Shown in pieces: positions 53,307 through 62,192 of a DNA stretch of 64,000 nt (position 1 is the first letter of the stretch; each line of letters starts with the position of its first letter). The stretch lies in assembly GCF_003334765.1 (NCBI RefSeq), contig NZ_QOWT01000003.1. One strand, given 5' to 3'. The position numbers and the translations under genes are program-made. This DNA is from Escherichia coli. Lineage in GTDB: Bacteria > Pseudomonadota > Gammaproteobacteria > Enterobacterales > Enterobacteriaceae. The notes below the pieces were generated by a model that was not told where the DNA came from, made no database searches, and saw only the letters and a list, made by a program, of their open reading frames with translations.

Positions 53307-53978
53307 ATGCAGTACCCGATTAACGAGATGTTCCAGACCCTGCAAGGTGAGGGTTACTTTACCGGCGTTCCCGCCATTTTTATTCGTTTACAGGGATGCC
53401 CGGTTGGCTGTGCCTGGTGCGACACCAAACACACCTGGGAAAAGCTTGAGGATCGGGAAGTCTCCCTTTTCAGCATTCTGGCGAAGACCAAAGAGAGTGA
53501 TAAGTGGGGGGCTGCGAGCAGTGAAGATTTGCTGGCTGTCATTGGTCGCCAGGGATACACCGCGCGGCATGTGGTGATTACGGGTGGTGAGCCTTGCATT
53601 CATGATTTGCTGCCACTGACTGATCTGCTCGAAAAGAACGGTTTTAGCTGCCAGATCGAAACCAGTGGTACTCATGAGGTACGCTGCACACCGAATACCT
53701 GGGTTACCGTATCGCCAAAGCTGAACATGCGCGGCGGCTATGAAGTGTTGTCACAGGCACTGGAGCGAGCCAACGAAATCAAGCATCCAGTGGGGCGCGT
53801 ACGCGATATTGAAGCACTGGATGAACTACTGGCAACGCTGACCGATGATAAACCGCGAGTCATTGCACTGCAGCCGATTAGCCAAAAGGATGATGCCACA
53901 CGTTTGTGCATTGAAACCTGCATTGCGCGTAATTGGCGTTTGTCGATGCAAACACATAAATATCTAAATATTGCCTGA
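53307..53978 (+). CDS. queE: 7-carboxy-7-deazaguanine synthase (radical SAM, queuosine pathway)
   Basis: 223-aa ORF with cysteine motif CxxxCxxC (RLQGCPVGCAWCDT); recognised as QueE (YgcF). Confidence 0.92.
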   Translation: MQYPINEMFQTLQGEGYFTGVPAIFIRLQGCPVGCAWCDTKHTWEKLEDREVSLFSILAKTKESDKWGAASSEDLLAVIGRQGYTARHVVITGGEPCIHDLLPLTDLLEKNGFSCQIETSGTHEVRCTPNTWVTVSPKLNMRGGYEVLSQALERANEIKHPVGRVRDIEALDELLATLTDDKPRVIALQPISQKDDATRLCIETCIARNWRLSMQTHKYLNIA

Positions 53979-54099
53979 TTAAACATTTATAAGCGTTATA
54001 AATGGGTGGAACCTGTAAAGACTTCTACTCATTTATATTGTTTGTCGCCTCTGAAAACTCCTCCATTTTACCCATCCAGGGCTAATCATTAGCATTCTC

Positions 54100-54317
54100 T
54101 ACAAATTCTGTGGCATTAATTTTTCGCTGGAGTGAAAATTATTGCGGTAAAGTTTGGTAGATTTTAGTTTGTATAGAGTTATTTTAAATATTTACCTTTT
54201 TAATCAATGGATTAAGTGCTCTTTAACATAATGGATGTGTTGTTTGTGTGATACTATAAAGTTGGTAGATTGTGACTGGCTTAAAAAATCATTAATTAAT
54301 AATAGGTTATGTTTAGA
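54100..54317 (+). promoter_or_regulatory. AT-rich CRISPR leader (promoter-containing) directly upstream of the first repeat
   Basis: AT-rich tract ending ...CTGGCTTAAAAAATCATTAATTAATAATAGGTTATGTTTAGA immediately before repeat 1; upstream boundary approximate. Confidence 0.7.
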
Positions 54318-54712
54318 GTGTTCCCCGCGCCAGCGGGGATAAACCGGCAAAAACCGGGCAATCGCAAAAAGGCGTAATGTGTTCCCCGCGCCAGCGGGGA
54401 TAAACCTGTGTTTGCGGCATTAACGCTCACCAGCATTTCGTGTTCCCCGCGCCAGCGGGGATAAACCGACGTGGTCATGGGTGCTGCTGTTGCAGAGCCA
54501 GTGTTCCCCGCGCCAGCGGGGATAAACCGAGCAGATACACGGCTTTGTATTCCGTGCGCCCGTGTTCCCCGCGCCAGCGGGGATAAACCGAATAGCAATA
54601 GTCCATAGATTTGCGAAAACAGGTGTTCCCCGCGCCAGCGGGGATAAACCGGAGCCTGACGAGACTACTGAGGCCGTTCTGTCGAGTTCCCCGCGCCAGC
54701 GGGGATAAACCA
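54318..54712 (+). CRISPR. Type I-E CRISPR array, 7 repeats and 6 spacers of 32 bp, leader-proximal end at 54318
   Basis: 29-bp repeat GTGTTCCCCGCGCCAGCGGGGATAAACCG at 54318, 54379, 54440, 54501, 54562, 54623 and 54684 with 61-bp period; repeat 2 ends CCT; terminal repeat is degenerate (GAG...ACCA). Confidence 0.96.
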
Positions 54713-55166
54713 CCATATAACCCGTTATCTCTTTCTCAAGTTTTTATATTAGCAGTACTTGTAATAAGCAACATATCCACGTAACACCTCATGTTCAAAA
54801 TAGTTCTCCATGCCAGAGAGGTTCACAATTATCGATACAAAAAATTAAATTTAATCAAAGTGTTATTTGTATGATTCTTAAATCGTTAAGAAATTTTAAT
54901 CTATTATTTTTTTAATATTGAATTAATGCCTGTTAATTTTTTCTTTAGAATAACAGTATATTTTTTAAGCTTGTTATTCATTGGTTAAGTAATAAATCTG
55001 GAAGTTTGTCTTTGTTTTGAGGCTAATGAGTGGTTTTACATAACCGCCTCTATACGCTGTTGATGAATAGTTCTTATGAATAAAGATATCCAGTTCATAC
55101 TTTAAGTGAAAATTGATAAAGTGCGATTCGTATTGTCTTTTATTCTAAAGACATCGAGTGTAGTTA

Positions 55167-55304
55167 ATATTCCTTGTAAAAACAGGGATAAACCGAACTA
55201 GTTAAAGTTTTTATTATGTTCCCTGCATCAGCGGGGATAAACCGGACTTGTTATCATTTTTTAAGTTGTCGAACTTATGTTCCCCGCGTCAGCGGGGATA
55301 ACCA
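55167..55304 (+). CRISPR. Degenerate I-E mini-array: 2 recognisable repeats, 1 clean 32-bp spacer, 1 eroded repeat
   Basis: ATGTTCCCTGCATCAGCGGGGATAAACCG (55216-55244), spacer GACTTGTTATCATTTTTTAAGTTGTCGAACTT (55245-55276), ATGTTCCCCGCGTCAGCGGGGATAACC (55277-55303); eroded repeat ending GGGATAAACCG at about 55195. Confidence 0.75.
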
Positions 55305-55350
55305 TTCAGGTATGTTCAGGCCGGGCAGTTTCCCGCCCGGCCTTCCTCAC

Positions 55351-56829
55351 TTACGCATTCGACCAGCTCTGGATCGAATCCACATTCCCCAATTCCCCAT
55401 GCATCACTTCATACGATTTTTTCAGGATCACATCAGTATGTTTGGTTAGGTCTTTGAAAATGCCTTTATTCATCGCGTCGTAGCGTTTGGCATTGCTCTC
55501 AATCGGTATAAAGATATCTTTCACGCGAACCATGTTATCGACAGCCGTTGCGTAATCCGGGTATAGCCCCAGACCTACCGCTGTATTAATCGCTGCCCCC
55601 AGGCTTGCACAACCGTTAATGGCGTTACGTCGTGCCGGAAGGTTGAACACGTCGGCAAAAATCTGCATAAACAGATCGCTGTTCGAACCGCCGCCAGTAA
55701 TGATCACATGCTTCGCAAAGTGATTCATTTCATTACACATATTGTCGTAATTGTTCTTCAGCGTCAGCGCCACGCTTTCCAGTATCGAACGATATATCCA
55801 TGCGTAATCCATGCTGGAATCAAAGCCGATCATAATCCCGCGTTTGTACGGTTCCCACGGATTGGTCAGCCAGTCCAGCACCGTCATCAGACCATTACAG
55901 CCTGGCGGCACACAAGAAGCTTTTTTGTTGAGTAAATCTTCCGGTGAAAGATCCTGCGCCCTGGCATCCTGAATTAACGACTCGCCTAGCATGTCGCGCA
56001 GCCAGCTCACCGTCCACATGCCTTTGCGAATACCGTAACCTTCATACAGCAATGTTTGCGGAATAGAAGACATAATCGGCCAGTACGCTACTGGATCTTT
56101 CGGCAGTGCTTTGCCGTTCATCATCAATGCGATGTAAGTGCCAAGAGAAATTACCGCCGTTTCATCATCCAGTAATCCGGCCCCCAGAGCTTCTACCGGT
56201 TTATCACTGGTGGTACAAACAACCGGCAGTCCTGCCGGGAAATGTGTCGCCAGTGCGGCTTGTGGTGTGATATGTCCGAGGACGGTGCCAGGCATTTGCA
56301 CATCAAACAGCATATGACGGGGGATATTAAACTTATCCATTACCGCAGCATCTTCGCTCCATGCCCAGCTCTTATAATCCACCGGCCACTGACCAAAATA
56401 GTTGGCGATATTGTCTTTAAACTCGCCGGTTAAGCGATGCGTCAGATAACCCGAAAAAGAGGTGACATATGCCACGTCAGGGTTAGTGTGTTCGTAAGGG
56501 CGTGTAACGCGTGCATCCTGCCAGCTAATCAACGGCGCAGCAGGCGTGCCATCGGCTTTCAATAACGCACGGCAGCAACGGATGGATCCCAGACCAATAC
56601 CGACAATATCTTCTTTATTCCCGGCAAACTGACTCATCAAATCGTGACCGGCAAAACATAATGATGCCCATAAATCGTCGTCAGGATGTTCTGCAGTATC
56701 GGCATCTGGCGTGTGCATCGGCTGTAATAAGCCTTTGCCTTCGCAAACCACGTTACCTTCCAGATCGTACATCACCACTTTTGTGCTCTGACTTCCGCCA
56801 TCAATCCCTATGATGTATTTTTTCGACAT
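55351..56829 (-). CDS. ygcE: FGGY-family carbohydrate kinase, substrate unknown
   Basis: 492-aa ORF recognised as YgcE; FGGY N- and C-terminal domains. Confidence 0.88.
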   Translation of the reverse strand: MSKKYIIGIDGGSQSTKVVMYDLEGNVVCEGKGLLQPMHTPDADTAEHPDDDLWASLCFAGHDLMSQFAGNKEDIVGIGLGSIRCCRALLKADGTPAAPLISWQDARVTRPYEHTNPDVAYVTSFSGYLTHRLTGEFKDNIANYFGQWPVDYKSWAWSEDAAVMDKFNIPRHMLFDVQMPGTVLGHITPQAALATHFPAGLPVVCTTSDKPVEALGAGLLDDETAVISLGTYIALMMNGKALPKDPVAYWPIMSSIPQTLLYEGYGIRKGMWTVSWLRDMLGESLIQDARAQDLSPEDLLNKKASCVPPGCNGLMTVLDWLTNPWEPYKRGIMIGFDSSMDYAWIYRSILESVALTLKNNYDNMCNEMNHFAKHVIITGGGSNSDLFMQIFADVFNLPARRNAINGCASLGAAINTAVGLGLYPDYATAVDNMVRVKDIFIPIESNAKRYDAMNKGIFKDLTKHTDVILKKSYEVMHGELGNVDSIQSWSNA

Positions 56830-56855
56830 GATTTTTCTCCTGTAATTTTCCTGGC

Positions 56856-58133
56856 TTACTTGCTGCTAGCCATTGCGGGGGCGCTATCAGCAGTACGAAT
56901 TTTTTGGAACAGCAAAAAGGTAAAGACAATCACCATGCCAAGCGCCGCCATGCCCATCAGCCACATATTGCGGTAGGCTTCTGCAGCGGGCAGGGTGTCT
57001 TGCCAGTGGCCGATAATTGGGTAAACGAAGACATCCGGCAGGAATCCAATCACCGAACAAATACCTACCGTGGTGCCCATAATGTAAGACGGTGTTCTCG
57101 CTTCGCCAGGGCAGGCCCAGTACAGCCCGCGTGAGGCGTAACAGGTGAATCCCAGCAGTAAAATCAGGCCAATCCCCATCGCGACCGATTGCGGGTTAGA
57201 GTTCGTGACGAGCAGGGCAGTTAACGTCAGCAGGCCGAGTACGGAAAGGATTTGGATCACGCGGGTAGGGGATTTCACTTTGCTGTAGGTGGTGATTATG
57301 CCGCCAAGTGGGCCGCACAGCGCGCGGAATATTTTGTTGATCACAATCCCCATGTAGCTCGCCGCCACCAGCGACATGCCATACATTTCGGTCAGATAGT
57401 TGGTGGAGTAACTCAGAATGGCGTAGATGGTGAAGACGCCAAAAATCACCATGCTGCAATACCAGGTGGTGCTGATACGCAAAACGGCCAGGATGTCGCT
57501 AAGCTGGAATGACTGTTTTTCTTCGTTATTGGCACTGCGCAGGTTGTTGTTATCGCTAACAAAAAACCAGCACAGAATCCCCAACAAGATGTAAACCACA
57601 CTATAGATGATAATGACCGTTTTCAGGCTGGTGCTGTCATCCGGTGCAAAGCGAGAAAAGACCCACATGGTAAACACCGCCAGCGACATTACACCGACGC
57701 CGCGCAGCCCTTCCATCCAGCCCATAATTTTCCCTTGCTCGCTATGATCGCCAAGCAACGATGCAGCTTTAATCGACACCGACCACAGCATTAAAATCGT
57801 CGTTATCGCAAAGGCGATCTGAATACAGAGCATTACCCACAGCGGTGGATACGTTGCCATTAACAGACCCAGTAATCCGGTAATGATCATCGCGGAAGTA
57901 ATCATTTTGCGGTGTGAAAATTTATCGGCAATAACGCCGCTGGGGGCATAAAGAATAATGGCCGCAATACCAAAGGTACTCATTATTAAACCTATCTCGG
58001 TATTGCTGAATCCCATAAATTTCGCCATGGGAATTTGATAAATATAACGTAAATAAGCCAGGTCGAAACTAACGCCGCCGCTAAAACTAATTATCGCGAG
58101 GGTTATCCAACGGCGATATGAGTTGTGTTGCAT
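56856..58133 (-). CDS. yqcE: MFS transporter, substrate unknown
   Basis: 425-aa polytopic membrane ORF recognised as YqcE. Confidence 0.85.
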   Translation of the reverse strand: MQHNSYRRWITLAIISFSGGVSFDLAYLRYIYQIPMAKFMGFSNTEIGLIMSTFGIAAIILYAPSGVIADKFSHRKMITSAMIITGLLGLLMATYPPLWVMLCIQIAFAITTILMLWSVSIKAASLLGDHSEQGKIMGWMEGLRGVGVMSLAVFTMWVFSRFAPDDSTSLKTVIIIYSVVYILLGILCWFFVSDNNNLRSANNEEKQSFQLSDILAVLRISTTWYCSMVIFGVFTIYAILSYSTNYLTEMYGMSLVAASYMGIVINKIFRALCGPLGGIITTYSKVKSPTRVIQILSVLGLLTLTALLVTNSNPQSVAMGIGLILLLGFTCYASRGLYWACPGEARTPSYIMGTTVGICSVIGFLPDVFVYPIIGHWQDTLPAAEAYRNMWLMGMAALGMVIVFTFLLFQKIRTADSAPAMASSK

Positions 58134-58311
58134 ATCGTATTCCCATTTGTAATAGACAAAAAAAAGAGAAAAGTAAGCCGCCCTTTCAGGTGGATTACTT
58201 TTCTCAGGTCTCTAGTAATTGAAATAATAAATAACATGGAAAGCAGAGGTGTTGTGTGAGAGTAATCACGCTTCTGCTTTTTAAAATTATTTGACAATAC
58301 GAATATCACAC

Positions 58312-58327
58312 TGTGATTACGATCACA
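58312..58327. promoter_or_regulatory. Consensus CRP site in the yqcE/ygcW divergent region
   Basis: TGTGA-TTACGA-TCACA, a perfect match to both CRP half-sites, overlapped by a second palindrome TCACACTGTGA; TTGACA at 58291-58296. Confidence 0.6.
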
Positions 58328-58380
58328 TTAGCAGTTATGCCCTTATGCTAAAAATTATCTCCAGTTACCAGAGATAATGA

Positions 58381-58427
58381 GAAAGGTAACTTCCCTCTCG
58401 CGGGGGAAGTTACCTTTCTTTTTTTTT
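58381..58427 (+). terminator. Intrinsic-terminator-like hairpin about 25 nt upstream of the ygcW start codon (possible attenuator or leader structure)
   Basis: Perfect 15-bp stem GAAAGGTAACTTCCC / GGGAAGTTACCTTTC with 8-nt loop, followed by 9 consecutive T. Confidence 0.6.
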
Positions 58428-58451
58428 GCCTTACGGAAATTGGAGCTAACT

Positions 58452-59237
58452 ATGTCAATCGAATCTCTCAATGCGTTCTCAATGGATTTTTTCTCCCTGA
58501 AAGGTAAAACCGCAATTGTTACCGGTGGGAATAGCGGTTTAGGCCAGGCATTTGCCATGGCGTTGGCCAAAGCTGGCGCAAATATCTTTATTCCTAGTTT
58601 CGTCAAAGATAACGGCGAAACAAAGGAAATGATTGAAAAACAGGGTGTTGAGGTGGACTTCATGCAGGTGGATATCACCGCAGAAGGCGCGCCGCAGAAG
58701 ATTATCGCTGCTTGCTGTGAGCGTTTCGGTACAGTTGATATTCTGGTTAACAATGCCGGTATTTGTAAGCTGAATAAGGTGCTGGACTTCGGTCGTGCCG
58801 ACTGGGATCCGATGATTGATGTGAACCTGACCGCCGCATTCGAGTTAAGCTATGAAGCTGCAAAAATTATGATCCCGCAGAAAAGCGGCAAAATTATTAA
58901 TATCTGTTCATTGTTCTCTTACTTAGGTGGACAATGGTCACCTGCATATTCTGCCACTAAACATGCTCTTGCCGGGTTCACCAAAGCTTATTGTGATGAA
59001 CTAGGTCAATATAATATTCAGGTAAATGGTATCGCCCCTGGCTATTATGCAACAGATATTACGCTGGCGACACGCAGTAATCCAGAAACCAATCAGCGCG
59101 TTCTTGATCATATTCCGGCAAACCGTTGGGGCGATACTCAGGATTTAATGGGCGCAGCCGTATTCCTCGCAAGTCCGGCATCGAATTATGTCAACGGGCA
59201 TTTATTAGTGGTTGATGGCGGTTATTTAGTGCGCTAA
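58452..59237 (+). CDS. ygcW: Short-chain dehydrogenase/reductase (SDR), substrate unknown
   Basis: ORF track starts at 58377; the likely start MSIESLNAFSMDFFSLKGKTAIVTGGNSGLG gives 261 aa; Rossmann motif TGGNSGLG; catalytic YxxxK. Confidence 0.85.
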   Translation: MSIESLNAFSMDFFSLKGKTAIVTGGNSGLGQAFAMALAKAGANIFIPSFVKDNGETKEMIEKQGVEVDFMQVDITAEGAPQKIIAACCERFGTVDILVNNAGICKLNKVLDFGRADWDPMIDVNLTAAFELSYEAAKIMIPQKSGKIINICSLFSYLGGQWSPAYSATKHALAGFTKAYCDELGQYNIQVNGIAPGYYATDITLATRSNPETNQRVLDHIPANRWGDTQDLMGAAVFLASPASNYVNGHLLVVDGGYLVR

Positions 59238-59306
59238 CCCATAACGGTGGTTTCTGTTTTCTCTTATTAATGATTATTCCATTTTTATTATCAGGAAGGA
59301 ATTACT

Positions 59307-60761
59307 ATGTCTTTATCTCGCGCAGCGATTGTCGACCAGCTAAAGGAAATTGTTGGTGCAGATCGCGTAATTACCGATGAAACAGTATTAAAGAAAAACA
59401 GTATTGACCGTTTTCGTAAATTTCCGGATATTCATGGCATTTATACTTTGCCGATTCCGGCAGCGGTCGTAAAACTCGGTTCCACAGAGCAAGTATCCCG
59501 TGTGCTGAATTTTATGAATGCGCACAAAATTAACGGTGTGCCGCGTACCGGTGCTTCCGCCACCGAAGGTGGGCTGGAAACTGTTGTAGAAAACTCGGTG
59601 GTGCTCGACGGCTCCGCCATGAATCAAATCATTAATATTGATATTGAGAATATGCAGGCGACGGCGCAATGTGGTGTTCCGCTGGAAGTGCTGGAAAACG
59701 CGTTGCGTGAAAAAGGTTACACCACGGGGCATTCTCCGCAGTCAAAGCCGCTGGCGCAGATGGGCGGCCTGGTAGCAACCCGAAGTATCGGGCAGTTCTC
59801 CACACTCTACGGCGCAATCGAAGATATGGTCGTTGGTCTGGAAGCAGTATTGGCTGATGGCACCGTCACACGCATTAAAAACGTGCCACGCCGCGCGGCT
59901 GGCCCGGACATTCGTCACATCATCATCGGCAACGAAGGTGCATTGTGCTATATCACTGAAGTAACAGTGAAAATCTTTAAATTCACCCCGGAAAACAACC
60001 TCTTCTACGGCTATATCCTGGAAGACATGAAAACCGGCTTCAACATCCTGCGTGAAATCATGGTGGAAGGGTATCGTCCGTCAATCGCTCGTTTGTATGA
60101 CGCTGAAGATGGCACCCAACACTTCACCCATTTTGCCGACGGAAAATGCGTGCTGATCTTTATGGCTGAAGGTAACCCTCGCATTGCGAAGGTGACGGGC
60201 GAAGGGATTGCGGAAATCGTTGCCCGCTACCCGCAATGCCAGCGCGTGGACAGCAAGCTGATCGAAACCTGGTTTAACAACCTGAACTGGGGACCGGATA
60301 AAGTGGCTGCCGAACGTGTGCAGATCCTCAAAACCGGCAACATGGGCTTTACCACCGAAGTATCCGGCTGCTGGAGCTGCATCCACGAAATCTACGAAAG
60401 CGTTATTAACCGTATTCGTACTGAGTTCCCGCACGCCGACGACATCACCATGCTGGGCGGTCATTCCTCTCATAGCTATCAGAACGGCACCAACATGTAC
60501 TTCGTCTACGATTACAACGTCGTTGACTGTAAGCCGGAAGAGGAAATCGACAAGTACCACAATCCGCTCAACAAGATCATCTGTGAAGAAACCATTCGCC
60601 TCGGCGGTTCGATGGTGCACCACCACGGTATCGGTAAACATCGCGTTCACTGGAGCAAACTGGAACACGGCAGCGCGTGGGCGTTGCTGGAAGGGCTGAA
60701 AAAGCAGTTCGATCCTAATGGCATTATGAATACGGGTACTATCTATCCGATTGAAAAATAA
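59307..60761 (+). CDS. ygcU: FAD-linked oxidase (GlcD/D-lactate dehydrogenase-like)
   Basis: 484-aa ORF recognised as YgcU; FAD-binding PCMH-type domain. Confidence 0.85.
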   Translation: MSLSRAAIVDQLKEIVGADRVITDETVLKKNSIDRFRKFPDIHGIYTLPIPAAVVKLGSTEQVSRVLNFMNAHKINGVPRTGASATEGGLETVVENSVVLDGSAMNQIINIDIENMQATAQCGVPLEVLENALREKGYTTGHSPQSKPLAQMGGLVATRSIGQFSTLYGAIEDMVVGLEAVLADGTVTRIKNVPRRAAGPDIRHIIIGNEGALCYITEVTVKIFKFTPENNLFYGYILEDMKTGFNILREIMVEGYRPSIARLYDAEDGTQHFTHFADGKCVLIFMAEGNPRIAKVTGEGIAEIVARYPQCQRVDSKLIETWFNNLNWGPDKVAAERVQILKTGNMGFTTEVSGCWSCIHEIYESVINRIRTEFPHADDITMLGGHSSHSYQNGTNMYFVYDYNVVDCKPEEEIDKYHNPLNKIICEETIRLGGSMVHHHGIGKHRVHWSKLEHGSAWALLEGLKKQFDPNGIMNTGTIYPIEK

Positions 60762-60854
60762 TGTGTCAGGCAGCGTTCCGCGATGACGGGGCGTTGCCTT
60801 TTCGGCTTCTCAGGCGAGAAGCCGTTCTTATTACCGGACAATGAAGGGGTAAAG

Positions 60855-62192
60855 ATGAACACTTCACCGGTGCGAATGGATGATTTACCGCTTAACCGTT
60901 TTCACTGCCGCATTGCTGCGCTCACTTTCGGCGCACACCTGACCGACGGTTATGTTCTCGGCGTCATTGGTTACGCCATTATTCAGCTTACGCCCGCCAT
61001 GCAACTGACGCCGTTTATGGCGGGAATGATCGGCGGCTCGGCGCTCCTTGGTTTGTTCCTTGGCAGCCTGGTTCTTGGGTGGATCTCCGACCATATTGGT
61101 CGGCAAAAAATCTTCACCTTCAGCTTTTTGCTGATTACGCTTGCTTCGTTTTTACAATTTTTTGCCACCACGCCAGAGCATCTTATTGGACTGCGCATTT
61201 TGATTGGCATTGGTCTGGGAGGCGATTATTCAGTAGGTCACACCTTGCTGGCTGAATTTTCCCCGCGCCGCCATCGCGGTATTTTGCTGGGCGCATTCAG
61301 CGTGGTGTGGACCGTAGGCTATGTGCTGGCAAGTATTGCCGGACATCACTTTATTTCCGAAAACCCGGAGGCCTGGCGCTGGCTACTGGCATCGGCAGCT
61401 CTGCCCGCGTTGTTGATTACGTTATTACGCTGGGGAACGCCAGAATCACCACGCTGGCTACTGCGCCAGGGGCGTTTTGCAGAAGCTCACGCTATCGTGC
61501 ATCGCTATTTTGGTCCCCATGTTTTACTGGGCGATGAAGTGGTAACGGCGACCCATAAACACATCAAAACCTTGTTCTCTTCGCGTTACTGGCGGCGCAC
61601 GGCGTTTAACAGCGTCTTCTTTGTCTGCCTCGTAATCCCATGGTTTGTGATTTATACCTGGCTGCCAACTATCGCCCAGACTATTGGTCTGGAAGATGCG
61701 CTGACTGCCAGCCTGATGCTTAATGCGTTGTTAATTGTGGGCGCGCTGCTGGGATTAGTTCTGACGCACCTGCTGGCACATCGCAAATTTTTGCTGGGAA
61801 GTTTTTTGCTGCTGGCGGCAACGCTGGTAGTCATGGCCTGTTTGCCTTCCGGCAGTTCATTAACGCTGCTGCTTTTTGTTCTCTTCAGCACCACCATTTC
61901 GGCAGTCAGTAATCTGGTGGGCATTTTGCCTGCGGAAAGTTTTCCTACTGACATTCGCTCGCTGGGCGTCGGTTTTGCCACTGCCATGAGTCGACTTGGC
62001 GCGGCGGTAAGTACTGGCCTGCTGCCGTGGGTGCTGGCGCAGTGGGGAATGCAAGTCACCTTATTGCTCCTGGCGACAGTGTTGTTGGTTGGTTTTGTTG
62101 TGACCTGGCTATGGGCACCAGAAACTAAAGCCCTCCCGCTGGTGGCGGCGGGAAATGTAGGAGGTGCGAATGAACATTCTGTTAGCGTTTAA
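60855..62192 (+). CDS. ygcS: MFS transporter (sugar porter-like), substrate unknown
   Basis: ORF track starts at 60783; the likely start MNTSPVRMDDLPLNRFH gives 445 aa. Confidence 0.85.
   Translation: MNTSPVRMDDLPLNRFHCRIAALTFGAHLTDGYVLGVIGYAIIQLTPAMQLTPFMAGMIGGSALLGLFLGSLVLGWISDHIGRQKIFTFSFLLITLASFLQFFATTPEHLIGLRILIGIGLGGDYSVGHTLLAEFSPRRHRGILLGAFSVVWTVGYVLASIAGHHFISENPEAWRWLLASAALPALLITLLRWGTPESPRWLLRQGRFAEAHAIVHRYFGPHVLLGDEVVTATHKHIKTLFSSRYWRRTAFNSVFFVCLVIPWFVIYTWLPTIAQTIGLEDALTASLMLNALLIVGALLGLVLTHLLAHRKFLLGSFLLLAATLVVMACLPSGSSLTLLLFVLFSTTISAVSNLVGILPAESFPTDIRSLGVGFATAMSRLGAAVSTGLLPWVLAQWGMQVTLLLLATVLLVGFVVTWLWAPETKALPLVAAGNVGGANEHSVSV

Noticed and set aside
54296-55483. Four ORF-track entries (54296..54598 and 54420..54716 on the minus strand, 55216..55449 and 55277..55483 on the plus strand) across the CRISPR arrays
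   Set aside because: Their translations contain reiterated PRWRGE and SPLARGT peptides, which are simply the CRISPR repeat read in frame. They are artefacts of the array, not proteins.
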